From positions 7,785 through 71,784 of the forward strand of contig JAJZMH010000021.1 of NCBI GenBank assembly GCA_021850365.1: 64,000 nt of DNA. The letters are read 5' to 3'. The notes beneath the pieces are model-generated. The model had not been told where the DNA came from and did not search any database. It saw nothing but the letters and a program-made list of their open reading frames with translations. The translations under genes and the position numbers were made by a program. Shown here in pieces: positions 8,269 through 17,216 of the stretch (position 1 is the first letter of the stretch; each line of letters begins with the position of its first letter). This stretch comes from a bacterium (GTDB lineage Bacteria > Patescibacteriota > Saccharimonadia > Saccharimonadales > UBA4665).

Positions 8269-8751
8269 TTAGAGAACCTGAATTTTTTTAATGGATTCCT
8301 GCTTCATTTTATTAAACGAAACAGTTAAAACTCCATCTTTTAAAACAGCTTCAATTTCATCCTCTTTTACTGGAACAGGTAATGCGATTGTTCTAGAAAA
8401 TTCACCCCAGTAACACTCCTGTAAGAAGTAATTCTCAACACCCTCTTCGTTCCCTGCACTCAGGGTTCCTTTAATGGTAAGTTGATTGTCTGAAATGCTA
8501 ACATCTAGGTCACTACGATTAACCCCCGCAGTTCGTGCTTTTACAACCAATTTGTCTGACGTTTCATAGACGTCAACGGCTAGTTGCCCTGGAACAGCCT
8601 CATCTTCATCCCATTCTTCTTCAACCACAGTAGGTTGCATTCCACTGTCTGTGCTACCTAGGTCACTATCTATTTCATCGTCTCCCAAAAAAGCAGCAGT
8701 CAACTCATCTTCTTCTAATAGCAAATTATCATCACGACTTTTTCGTGCCAT
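8269..8751 (-). CDS. Hsp20/alpha-crystallin small heat-shock protein with acidic N-terminal region
   Basis: The alpha-crystallin domain is 'AVDVYETSDKLVVKARTAGVNRSDLDVSISDNQLTIKG...LPVPVKEDEIEAVLKDGVLTVSF'. I preferred the ATG at 8751 (GGAGGG SD upstream) over the TTG at 8763. Confidence 0.85.
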   Translation of the reverse strand: MARKSRDDNLLLEEDELTAAFLGDDEIDSDLGSTDSGMQPTVVEEEWDEDEAVPGQLAVDVYETSDKLVVKARTAGVNRSDLDVSISDNQLTIKGTLSAGNEEGVENYFLQECYWGEFSRTIALPVPVKEDEIEAVLKDGVLTVSFNKMKQESIKKIQVL

Positions 8752-8915
8752 GTTACCCTCCAAAAATTAAATAAATATCTTTACAATTTTTATATTAACC
8801 ATAGTATAACCTAAATTGTATCTAAATAACAAACATCTTATCTTTATTTACAACACAATAATCACAACACTTCAAGTAAGTGAATAATTTAACTTAAAAT
8901 GTTAATATATATGTT

Positions 8916-9440
8916 ATGGAAGAACAAAACGGTGGATTTTTTAAGAGCAGTAATTTAGAAACTCAACAAATTGCAAATGAAAATAATCCAGAGATAAGTT
9001 GGTCTAGCCTTGAACACGTTTCAGAAAAATCCATAAAATGGTATCTAATATTAATTTTTGTAACCATAATAATTTCCGGTTTGGTTTATCTTGTAACTAA
9101 AGATCTAATCTCGACAATTGTATTTGTACTTTGTGGTTTTTTAATTTTTGTTTATTCTCTGAAAAAACCAAGGAACATAGAATACAAGATTAAAAATAAT
9201 TCCCTTATGATTCAAAATAAAACTTATTTTTTGAGTAATTTTAGAGCATTTTCAATATTCAAAAATAAAAACACCGAAAGTTTAGTTTTAGTTCCGTTAA
9301 AAAGATTTGTTCCAAGAATATATATAAACTTAAACCAAGACATTTCTGCAAAGGTCATTGATAAAGTTAATCAGATTATACCTGCAGAAAAGTATACGCA
9401 AGATTTATCGGATAAAATAATTGATTTAATCAGACTCTAA
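8916..9440 (+). CDS. Hypothetical membrane protein (two TM helices followed by a ~100-aa domain, bPH-like layout)
   Basis: This is an ORF with two adjacent hydrophobic helices. I recognised no catalytic motif. Confidence 0.3.
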   Translation: MEEQNGGFFKSSNLETQQIANENNPEISWSSLEHVSEKSIKWYLILIFVTIIISGLVYLVTKDLISTIVFVLCGFLIFVYSLKKPRNIEYKIKNNSLMIQNKTYFLSNFRAFSIFKNKNTESLVLVPLKRFVPRIYINLNQDISAKVIDKVNQIIPAEKYTQDLSDKIIDLIRL

Positions 9441-9447
9441 TTAAAAT

Positions 9448-9476
9448 TTAGAAATATAGTTTAATAATGGTATAAT
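9448..9476 (+). promoter_or_regulatory. Candidate extended -10 promoter for the tRNA-Ser pair (TTAGAA-17 nt incl. TGg-TATAAT)
   Basis: TGgTATAAT lies at 9468-9476, 12 nt upstream of the first tRNA, with a weak -35 TTAGAA at 9448-9453. Confidence 0.45.
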
Positions 9477-9488
9477 TTCATCTGTTTA

Positions 9489-9576
9489 GGAAGGGTGTCC
9501 GAGTGGTCGATGGAGCTGGTCTTGAAAACCAGTGTGGGGAAACTCACCGTGGGTTCGAATCCCACCCCTTCCGCCA
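9489..9576 (+). tRNA. tRNA-Ser (anticodon UGA), CCA encoded
   Basis: The acceptor stem is GGAAGGG/CCCTTCC. The anticodon arm is CTGGT-CTTGAAA-ACCAG. It has a long variable arm and the T-loop GGTTCGAATCC. Confidence 0.9.
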
Positions 9577-9582
9577 GATTAA

Positions 9583-9675
9583 GGAGAGGTACCCAAGTGG
9601 TTGAAGGGGATGGTTTGCTAAATCATTAGGGGGGCGTGAGCTCCCGCGAGGGTTCGAATCCCTCCCTCTCCGCCA
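9583..9675 (+). tRNA. tRNA-Ser (anticodon GCU), CCA encoded
   Basis: The acceptor stem is GGAGAGG/CCTCTCC. The anticodon arm is ATGGT-TTGCTAA-ATCAT. It has a long GC-rich variable arm and the T-loop GGTTCGAATCC. Confidence 0.9.
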
Positions 9676-9774
9676 AATTTTTATGTTCTCTTTAATTAAG
9701 AAACCATTATTAGCTAAACGGTGTTGCAGTGTTGATAAATAAATTGAAGTATAATATATACTAAAAAATATTTG

Positions 9775-9864
9775 GGAGAGATGCAGGAGTGGTTGAACTG
9801 GACGGTCTCGAAAACCGTTGTACGATTTTTCGTATCGTGGGTTCGAATCCCACTCTCTCCGCCA
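9775..9864 (+). tRNA. tRNA-Ser (anticodon CGA), CCA encoded
   Basis: The acceptor stem is GGAGAGA/TCTCTCC. The anticodon arm is ACGGT-CTCGAAA-ACCGT. It has a long variable arm and the T-loop GGTTCGAATCC. Confidence 0.9.
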
Positions 9865-10140
9865 CACATTAAATATTTTATGGAAAATATGTTAGCAAAT
9901 AGTTAGAAAGTACAAAAGTAAATATTTTTGAAGACAAGAGCACTACATTAATAGAATATACGTTTTGCTGAATCTAAAAAGATTGATGAATGCTTTAATG
10001 CTAGTTAGAGGATAATTTAACACAAAATGATCAAACCGGAACTCCACTAATAAAACAGCATAATCATACTAACAATGATTTGTTAGGTCTTAATTAATTG
10101 AGTGCCATTAAAGATGAAAATAAAGTATAATTATAGATGA

Positions 10141-10217
10141 GCACCCGTAGCTCAGTTGGATAGAGTGTTGGCTTGCGGAGCCAAAGGTCACAGGTTCGAA
10201 TCCTGTCGGGTGTACCA
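10141..10217 (+). tRNA. tRNA-Arg (anticodon GCG as read), CCA encoded
   Basis: The 5' half 'GCACCCGTAGCTCAGTTGGATAGAG' is typical of bacterial tRNA-Arg. The anticodon arm is TTGGC-TTGCGGA-GCCAA. Acceptor pair 1:72 is G:U. Confidence 0.85.
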
Positions 10218-10379
10218 AACAATAGTATATCTTTTAATATGGCTTTAGATCTGCTTTGATAGATTATAGTTTACGTTAATACTTTATTTATTATATTTGG
10301 TTTATGTTTAGCTTGTGATATTCCAGTAATTTAAAATTTATGTTAAAATCAATCACTGTAAGAATTAAGGAACCAAGAG

Positions 10380-10622
10380 ATGACAGATGAGAATAAGAAT
10401 TACAAAGAAATAGCAGATAGTTTTAAATGGCTACAAAATAAAGGCGGATCAGGTCCGAATTCCACAAACAATCAAGCATCACCATATGCGAAAAGTCAAG
10501 AATTACGAAAAGAGCATGAAAAACAGATTGAAGTGACTTTAGTTCCAAACAATGAAGAGAGAGTACCCAATTTTTTTAAAAAAATTGGCCATACAGTATT
10601 ATCAATATTCAAAAAACAATGA
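10380..10622 (+). CDS. Hypothetical 80-aa protein
   Basis: The ORF has an ATGA overlap to the next gene, suggesting co-translation. No motif was recognised. Confidence 0.3.
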   Translation: MTDENKNYKEIADSFKWLQNKGGSGPNSTNNQASPYAKSQELRKEHEKQIEVTLVPNNEERVPNFFKKIGHTVLSIFKKQ

Positions 10623-11254
10623 ATCTTCACAGAGCTCAAAACCTACCAGATTGGAAATCTGAGTCTTTTGAAAGTTTGAATAATTTTCAAAAAATTGCTG
10701 ATGCCACAAACGGGGTCTTAACCCCAGCTAACATGGTTACAGGTTTAGGTCTATATCTTGTCTATAAGGGTGCTCAAGACTTAAATAATAATAAAATATT
10801 GTCTGGAACACTAAAAATTGGCCTCGGAAGAGCTATGGATTATTTCGACGGAATCGTGGCAGACAAAACCAAAACCAAAAGTCCATTAGGTGAAGCATTT
10901 GATGCAACTGCAGATAAAATCGGGGTATTGTTAGTAGGTCTTCCTTTATACAAGAATAATCTTATATCTAGGAATAAATTAAATTTGGTGTTTGCTCAAA
11001 ATGCAATTAACACCGTATATACTATGAAGGCTAAAAATGAAGGGAAAGAAATACATTCTAGTAAGTATGGGAAATTAGCAACAGCAGCCCAGTGGATATT
11101 TATTGGATCTAGTCTATTAGAAAAGGCTACTAAAGATGCCAAATTTCACACTCCAGGAGATATCTTGAATAAAATTTCTAACATTAGTTTTTTGACTTTC
11201 CTTGGATTGGGGTCTATAGCATCAGCGAAAATTATTCAAGATTCAAGCAAATAA
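10619..11254 (+). CDS. CDP-alcohol phosphatidyltransferase family protein
   Basis: 'DYFDGIVADKTKTKSPLGEAFDATADK' fits the family motif D-x2-DG-x2-A(R)-x8-G-x3-D-x3-D, with D in place of R. The protein has several hydrophobic helices. Confidence 0.6.
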   Translation: MNLHRAQNLPDWKSESFESLNNFQKIADATNGVLTPANMVTGLGLYLVYKGAQDLNNNKILSGTLKIGLGRAMDYFDGIVADKTKTKSPLGEAFDATADKIGVLLVGLPLYKNNLISRNKLNLVFAQNAINTVYTMKAKNEGKEIHSSKYGKLATAAQWIFIGSSLLEKATKDAKFHTPGDILNKISNISFLTFLGLGSIASAKIIQDSSK

Positions 11255-11289
11255 TTCCAATCAATTTAAAAATCTAGTATCATAAGGCT

Positions 11290-12168
11290 ATGACAAATGG
11301 TGGAGTAATCGGTCCTGAGTTTAAATTAGGTCAAAGAATTCAATATCTAAGAAAATCGAAAGGATTTACTCAGCAAGGTTTATGTTATAAGGCTCATTTA
11401 AGCTACTCAACCTTAGCTAAAATAGAAAGGGGCGCAATTAAGTCCCCTTCTATATTTACGATTCAATCGATAGCTGAGGCCTTAAATTTAAGCATAGACG
11501 ATTTTGTCGATAAAGACAGAGTTACCGAAAACAAAAATTTTGCTATAAATAGAAATTTAAAAACATCTAAAGATGGAATTAAGTTCGTCTATTTTGATAT
11601 AAATGGATGCTTGGTTCGATTTTATCAAAAGGCTTTCGTAAAAATAGCCAAGGATTACAATTTAGGGTTAGATAAAATAGAGGCTTCTTTCTGGAATTTT
11701 AACGATAAAGTCAACAGAGGAAATATGACAATAGAGCAATTTAATAAAAAATTTGCTTCTAAATTAGGAGTAGATTCTATTGACTGGGTTAAATATTATT
11801 TAAACGAAGTAGAACCAGTTCCTGGAATGGAAAATCTTTTACGAAAAATTTACAAGAACTATTTAATGGGATTGTTATCTAATACGATGCCAGGACTAAT
11901 TGAAAAATTAATACAAACCTCTAAAATACCCAATCTTCCATATGATTCAATTGTTGATTCCTCAGTCGTTAAAAGCGTTAAGCCAGAAAATAAAATTTTT
12001 GAGAAAGCGCGCGATCTATCTGGCGTCAAAGCCAATGAAATAATTTTAATTGATGATACTAGAAATAATTTAGTCGCTTCTGGAAGGCTTCATTTTCATA
12101 CTCTTTGGTTTGATTATTCTAGGCCCAAAGATTCTATCTCTGAAATTGAAAAACTCTTAGGACTTTGA
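11290..12168 (+). CDS. XRE-family HTH domain fused to a HAD-superfamily hydrolase domain
   Basis: The N-terminus 'LGQRIQYLRKSKGFTQQGLCYKAHLSYSTLAKIERG' is an XRE HTH. The C-terminus has HAD motif I 'VYFDINGCLV' and the late motif 'ILIDDTRNN'. Confidence 0.6.
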   Translation: MTNGGVIGPEFKLGQRIQYLRKSKGFTQQGLCYKAHLSYSTLAKIERGAIKSPSIFTIQSIAEALNLSIDDFVDKDRVTENKNFAINRNLKTSKDGIKFVYFDINGCLVRFYQKAFVKIAKDYNLGLDKIEASFWNFNDKVNRGNMTIEQFNKKFASKLGVDSIDWVKYYLNEVEPVPGMENLLRKIYKNYLMGLLSNTMPGLIEKLIQTSKIPNLPYDSIVDSSVVKSVKPENKIFEKARDLSGVKANEIILIDDTRNNLVASGRLHFHTLWFDYSRPKDSISEIEKLLGL

Positions 12169-14757
12169 AAAAAGCTTAATATCGTCTTGAATTATTTTTA
12201 AATTATGAACCTCTTCGGCTAAGTGTTGTTTGGTTTCATCTACAATATGATTTGGTGCGTTATTAATATAACTTTTGTTTTGTAGTCTTTTATTAAGTGA
12301 TTCAACAAGCTGAGTTTGTTTATCCAGTTTTTGAGTTAATTTTAGTAAATAGTTTGAAACAAGCTGATCGTTTATATCTAAATCAACTGATACTTGGTTT
12401 ATTGTTAAACTGATTTTATTCTCAGAAATACTTTCATTTTGAATTTTTATTTGAGCTAGTTTCTGAATAGTTTCTTTGTTTTTTAAAATAAGTGGTGCTT
12501 CTGAAAAAATAGTTAATTTGTTTAGGTTTAATTCTTTCTTGATGTGCCTAATTTCAGTAACAAGTTTAATAATAATATCGAAGTTGTTTTCTTCGGTAGG
12601 ACTCGATATGATAGGTTCTTGATAGGTTTGATTTATTAATAATTCTGTACTTTGGGATTTTATGCCTTTTTGCCAAAGTACTTCTGTAATGAAAGGAGCC
12701 AAAGGATGAATTAAAATAAGAAGTTGTTTATAAACATAACTTAACAAAGAATAATTTTTTTCGATTTTGGATACTTCTAAATACCAGTCAGCGAATTGAT
12801 CTTTAAGAAAATGATAAACAATTTGATATGCTTCACTAAATTGATACTTATCGATTGCCTTTTGGAAATTTTTTTGAGCCAGATTAAGTTTAAAAATAAT
12901 CCAATTATCTGCTGCTGATTCAATTCTCAGGGTTGAGTTAAAGTCTAACTTATCTTCAATGTATCTAGATATATTCCAAAGTTTATTACAGAAATTTCTA
13001 TTAGTAATTATCTTAGTTTTTCCTAGTTTCGAATCTTGTCCTGGAGCTAATCCTTGAATAAGAGATAGACGAAGGGCATCTGCTCCGTATTCCTCGATAA
13101 CTGTTAGTGGATCTATAATAGAGTCAGGATCAGATTTACTCATTTTTTTGCCTGTTTCAGTTTTTACCAAACCATGTAAGAAAACTTCTTTAAAAGGAAC
13201 CTGCTTAACTACATAAGTTGTAGAGAGAATCATTCTTGCAACCCAAAAGAAAATAATATCAAAACCGGTTTCTAAGACATTGGTTGGATGGTATGTTTTA
13301 AAATCAATACTACGAGCAATTATTTCATCAAGCGTTAAACTACAATCAGTCGTTAGATTAGGATCTAATAAAGTACTCCATGTCCATAAACTCGAGCTAA
13401 ACCAAGTATCTAGGGTATCTTGATCTCTTTTCCAATCTCCTCCTTCTGGGGGAGTTAACCCTACATAAATCTTATCTTCCTTATACCAAACCGGTAGTTG
13501 ATGTCCCCACCATATCTGTCGACTTACACACCAATCTTTCAAATTATTAATCCAATTAAAATAAATTTTTTCAAATCTCTTGGGAATTATTTTAATATCC
13601 CCTTCCCTAATTACCCTTTGAAGAATCTCTTTAAAAGAATTTTTTTGTCCCTTCCAATCGATAGTTTTTTTATTTACATCTATAAACCATTGTAATCTTA
13701 TTTGAGGCTCAATTATTCCTCCACCTCTGGAGTTTGTGGCCAGGCTATGCTCGTAGTCATCTTGAATTGATATCAATAATCCCTTATCTTTTAATTTTTG
13801 GACAATTTTAGGTCGGGCCTTTATTATGTCCATTCCCTCAAATTCTTTTGCAACACTTAAAAGCTTACCGTCTAGACCTATAACTTGTTCCATATCTAAG
13901 GAATATTTATTGGCTAGTTCAAAATCTACTAAACTATGCCAAGGTGTTATGGTCATTGCTCCAGTGCCAAAGTTAGGGTCAACTGATTCATCCTTAATTA
14001 AAGTAGCTTGAGTTTTTCCATTAAGCCACTCAACTTCAAAAGTTTGAAGATGTTTATATTTTAGATATCTTTTATCCTTAGGGTTAACCACAATATATTT
14101 ATCTGCAAATTTTGTTTCAGGTCGAGTTGTACTTATTTCAAATGGTCCAAACTTGAATGTATATAATTTCGTTTTTTCTGTTTGATAGAGAACTTCATCA
14201 TCAGAGACATTTGTTTCTAGTTTAGGGTCCCAATTAACTATTCTATTTCCTCTGTAAATTAGTCCATCAGCATACATTTTTACAAATACTTCAGATACTA
14301 CTCTACTTAAACCTTCGTCGAGCGTGTACCTTAGTCTACTCCAATCAGCAGCAGCTCCCATTGCTTTAGTCTGTTTGATAATAGTTTCTCGGCTATTACC
14401 AACAAATTCTTTGGTAATTTGTATAAACTTTTCCCTTCCGATTTGGTGTTTGTTAATCCCCTGCTCTGTTAACTTTTTTTCAATGACTGCGTTTGTTGCT
14501 ATTGCAGCATGATCTGTTCCGGGAAGCCAAAGAGTATCGTAACCCCTAAGCTTGTGGTAACGAATAAGAATATCTTGGAGGGTTAAAAAAAGGGCATGTC
14601 CAATATGAAGAGTTCCGGTTTCGTTAGGAGGTGGCATAGATATGGAATAATGTTCCTTATTTGACATAGGGTCTGCCTTAAAAGCATTATTCTTAAGCCA
14701 TAAATTATATATATCTTTTTCGTATAAATTAGCCTGATAGGTTTTATCTAGATCCAT
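12157..14757 (-). CDS. valS: Valine--tRNA ligase
   Basis: It has 'PPPNETGTLHIGHAL' (HIGH) and 'KMSKS', a length of 866 aa and a C-terminal coiled-coil tail. Confidence 0.95.
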   Translation of the reverse strand: MDLDKTYQANLYEKDIYNLWLKNNAFKADPMSNKEHYSISMPPPNETGTLHIGHALFLTLQDILIRYHKLRGYDTLWLPGTDHAAIATNAVIEKKLTEQGINKHQIGREKFIQITKEFVGNSRETIIKQTKAMGAAADWSRLRYTLDEGLSRVVSEVFVKMYADGLIYRGNRIVNWDPKLETNVSDDEVLYQTEKTKLYTFKFGPFEISTTRPETKFADKYIVVNPKDKRYLKYKHLQTFEVEWLNGKTQATLIKDESVDPNFGTGAMTITPWHSLVDFELANKYSLDMEQVIGLDGKLLSVAKEFEGMDIIKARPKIVQKLKDKGLLISIQDDYEHSLATNSRGGGIIEPQIRLQWFIDVNKKTIDWKGQKNSFKEILQRVIREGDIKIIPKRFEKIYFNWINNLKDWCVSRQIWWGHQLPVWYKEDKIYVGLTPPEGGDWKRDQDTLDTWFSSSLWTWSTLLDPNLTTDCSLTLDEIIARSIDFKTYHPTNVLETGFDIIFFWVARMILSTTYVVKQVPFKEVFLHGLVKTETGKKMSKSDPDSIIDPLTVIEEYGADALRLSLIQGLAPGQDSKLGKTKIITNRNFCNKLWNISRYIEDKLDFNSTLRIESAADNWIIFKLNLAQKNFQKAIDKYQFSEAYQIVYHFLKDQFADWYLEVSKIEKNYSLLSYVYKQLLILIHPLAPFITEVLWQKGIKSQSTELLINQTYQEPIISSPTEENNFDIIIKLVTEIRHIKKELNLNKLTIFSEAPLILKNKETIQKLAQIKIQNESISENKISLTINQVSVDLDINDQLVSNYLLKLTQKLDKQTQLVESLNKRLQNKSYINNAPNHIVDETKQHLAEEVHNLKIIQDDIKLFSKS

Positions 14758-14797
14758 TACTTCCCTATTCTAACAGATTGATTTAAAAATGCATTAA

Positions 14798-15856
14798 TTA
14801 CATTAGAAGACTTGGGTTAATTCTAAAATCTTCTGGTTTAGTTAATCCAATTTTGTACTTATGCAGATAAAAGCCCAGACAAGCAACCATCGCCCCATTA
14901 TCGGTACAAAGTTTAATATCTGGAAATTCAATTTTCCCATCTAAAAGTAAATTAAGTTCTTCTCTTAGGACCTGATTTGCTGCTACTCCTCCAGCGATTA
15001 TTACACTTTTAGGTTTGAATTGACTAATAGCCTTACTAGTCTTATGAATTATGCTTTTTATGGCTGAATATTGAAATGACGCCGCAATATTAGCCTTTTG
15101 AGCATCATTTAGCCTACTAGAAACGTTTATTGATGGAAATGTGTAGTTTTCCCCAATTTCTTTCTGAGCAAGCCTTAAAACGGCTGTTTTTAGCCCAGAA
15201 AAACTAAAATTATATCCAGGTATCTTTGCTTCTGGTAGATTAAAACTATTTTTATCTCCTTTTAGAGCTATCTTTGCAATTTCAACCCCCCCTGGATAAT
15301 CTAACCCTAAAATCTTGGCTACTTTATCGAAAGCTTCTCCAATTGCATCATCTAAGGTTTTGCCTAAAACAATATAATCAAAATGGTTTTTAAATAAAAC
15401 TAATTGAGTGTGTCCTCCAGATACAATTAATCCTAAAATAGGAAATTGAGGTAGATTTTTTCTAGGTCTATAATCTTCTAGCGAACTGTTAGTTATAAAG
15501 TTTGCATACAGGTGTCCTAAGACATGATTTGCCCCGTAGAGCGGTTTATTTAGTATTTTAGTAATTGTTTTAGCAGTCATCGCGCCTATTAATAGACTTC
15601 CACTTAGGCCTGCTCCCGACGTGCAACTAACTAGATCAATATCTTTCCAGCTTAATCTTGCCCCACTTAAGGATTCTTGAATTACCGGAATAATATATTC
15701 AATGTGACTTCTAGCAGCTACTTCAGGAACAACACCACCGTATTTAGCATGTTCTTTCATGCTACTATATATGCTGTTAGATAGTAATTTTTGGCCATCT
15801 TGAACTATCCCAACCGCAGTTTCGTCACAGCTTGTTTCAATACCTAATACAATCAT
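14798..15856 (-). CDS. tsaD: tRNA N6-adenosine threonylcarbamoyltransferase TsaD
   Basis: 'VLGIETSCDETAVGIV' and 'VSGGHTQL' are Kae1/TsaD hallmarks. Confidence 0.9.
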   Translation of the reverse strand: MIVLGIETSCDETAVGIVQDGQKLLSNSIYSSMKEHAKYGGVVPEVAARSHIEYIIPVIQESLSGARLSWKDIDLVSCTSGAGLSGSLLIGAMTAKTITKILNKPLYGANHVLGHLYANFITNSSLEDYRPRKNLPQFPILGLIVSGGHTQLVLFKNHFDYIVLGKTLDDAIGEAFDKVAKILGLDYPGGVEIAKIALKGDKNSFNLPEAKIPGYNFSFSGLKTAVLRLAQKEIGENYTFPSINVSSRLNDAQKANIAASFQYSAIKSIIHKTSKAISQFKPKSVIIAGGVAANQVLREELNLLLDGKIEFPDIKLCTDNGAMVACLGFYLHKYKIGLTKPEDFRINPSLLM

Positions 15857-15905
15857 TTTAAAAAGTATAACCTTATTTTAAAAAAATATAATGTAAAATA
15901 TCTCT

Positions 15906-17216
15906 ATGGGTTTTAGAAATCTAGTTAAATTATTCATTCCTAAAAAACTTTTTAAGAAAATAGAACCAACCGGTCATTTGCTTGAAGCTGTTTTTTTTAA
16001 CTTAATCAATGGTTTTCCGTTAAGAGGACTCAAGGTGATTGGTGTTACGGGTACAAACGGTAAAACAACAACGTCCTTTATGATCCACAATATTTTACAA
16101 AAAGCTGGATATAGTTCCGGACTAATGACCACAATTGCTTACGGTGTAAATGAGCAGATCAAGCCTCAAATGCACCATATGACTACTGTTTCTGTTCCCC
16201 AGTTAATAAAAAGGGTTAAAGCAATGAAAAAGACCGGTATTGATTATCTAATTTTAGAAACAACTAGCCATGCGTTAGCCCAGAATAGAGTTTGGGGTGT
16301 TCCCTACTCTATAGCTGTTTTAACTAATATGACTCATGAGCATATTTCTTATCATGGTAGCTTTCAAAAATATGTAGAAGCTAAATTAAAGCTTTTTAGA
16401 ATGACCAATAAAAATAAAGCTGGACTTAAGTTTGGAGTAATCAACAGAGATGATCCTGTTTGCGACAAATTTGCAAATAGTATAACCAATAAATTGACTT
16501 ATGGACTTAAAAAAGGTGATTTAGTTGCCAAAAATGTCCAACTAGGTTCCGATGAATCTAGTTTCGAGGTTCAATATCTAGGAAGAAAGATCAAAATTAA
16601 CTGCAAACTAGCAGGTAGTTTTAACGTTTATAACTCATTAGCTGCTATTGGGGTAGCAGCAGTTTTGAAAATAGATTCAGATTCTGTAATCTCAGGTATC
16701 AATGAGCTTACTTATGTAGAAGGAAGAATGAATAAAATTGAACTGGGTCAGGATTTTAAAGTGATTGTAGATTATGCCCATACACCAGATAGTTATCAGA
16801 AGTTGTTTGAGGATATTCATTCTTTGAGTAAGAATAGGATTATTACTGTATTTGGTTCCCTTGGCGGGGGTGATTTAAATAAACGCCCAGAGCAGGGAAG
16901 AATAGCTGCAAAATATTCAGATGTTGTTATTCTTTGCGAAGAAGATGATAGAAAAGAAAATGGACAAAACATAATTAATGATATTTCCAAGGGGTGCGAA
17001 GAGCAGGGTATGAGCTTAAATAAGAATTTGTTTCATATTCATGACAGAGCAGAAGCGATTAAATACGGAATAAGTATTGCCCAAAAAGGAGACCTTGTTC
17101 TCGTATTAGGTAAAGGACATGAAAAAACTATTGAACATGCTGACGGTGAACATCCTTGGAGTGATATCGAACAAACAAAATTAGCTATTACGGATAGAAT
17201 TAAGCGTACTATTTAA
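15906..17216 (+). CDS. murE: Mur ligase, MurE-type (UDP-MurNAc-L-Ala-D-Glu--diamino acid ligase)
   Basis: It has 'IGVTGTNGKTTT', 'VDYAHTPDS' and 'LGKGHE'. The position of the meso-DAP-specifying DNPR motif reads 'EEDDR'. At 436 aa it is shorter than typical. Confidence 0.7.
   Translation: MGFRNLVKLFIPKKLFKKIEPTGHLLEAVFFNLINGFPLRGLKVIGVTGTNGKTTTSFMIHNILQKAGYSSGLMTTIAYGVNEQIKPQMHHMTTVSVPQLIKRVKAMKKTGIDYLILETTSHALAQNRVWGVPYSIAVLTNMTHEHISYHGSFQKYVEAKLKLFRMTNKNKAGLKFGVINRDDPVCDKFANSITNKLTYGLKKGDLVAKNVQLGSDESSFEVQYLGRKIKINCKLAGSFNVYNSLAAIGVAAVLKIDSDSVISGINELTYVEGRMNKIELGQDFKVIVDYAHTPDSYQKLFEDIHSLSKNRIITVFGSLGGGDLNKRPEQGRIAAKYSDVVILCEEDDRKENGQNIINDISKGCEEQGMSLNKNLFHIHDRAEAIKYGISIAQKGDLVLVLGKGHEKTIEHADGEHPWSDIEQTKLAITDRIKRTI

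Noticed and set aside
8795-8811. A GGTTA-N6-GGTTA direct repeat (minus-strand sense) upstream of hsp20 as a CtsR-type heat-shock operator.
   Set aside because: The CtsR consensus is a GGTCAAA heptad repeat with a 3-nt spacer. Both the sequence (TT in place of TC) and the spacing differ, and short AT-rich repeats like this arise by chance.
9732-9755. TTGATA ... TATAAT as a promoter for tRNA-Ser(CGA).
   Set aside because: The spacer is only 12 nt, and the alternative -35 (TTGCAG, 9724-9729) gives 20 nt. Neither fits sigma70 spacing, so no promoter is called, although the perfect TATAAT may still function with a different upstream element.
9544-9867. A 107-aa minus-strand ORF from the ORF track.
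   Set aside because: It lies entirely antisense to three tRNA-Ser genes. Its repeated 'WDSNPR' peptides are just translations of the tRNA T-arms, so it is not a gene.
9865-10140. The 276-bp ORF-free gap between tRNA-Ser(CGA) and tRNA-Arg as a hidden ncRNA (tmRNA, RNase P, SRP, 6S) or an integration scar.
   Set aside because: It is very AT-rich with no extended complementary segments or conserved-looking boxes. No duplicated tRNA 3'-end (att-like) sequence was found by eye, so nothing supports a call.
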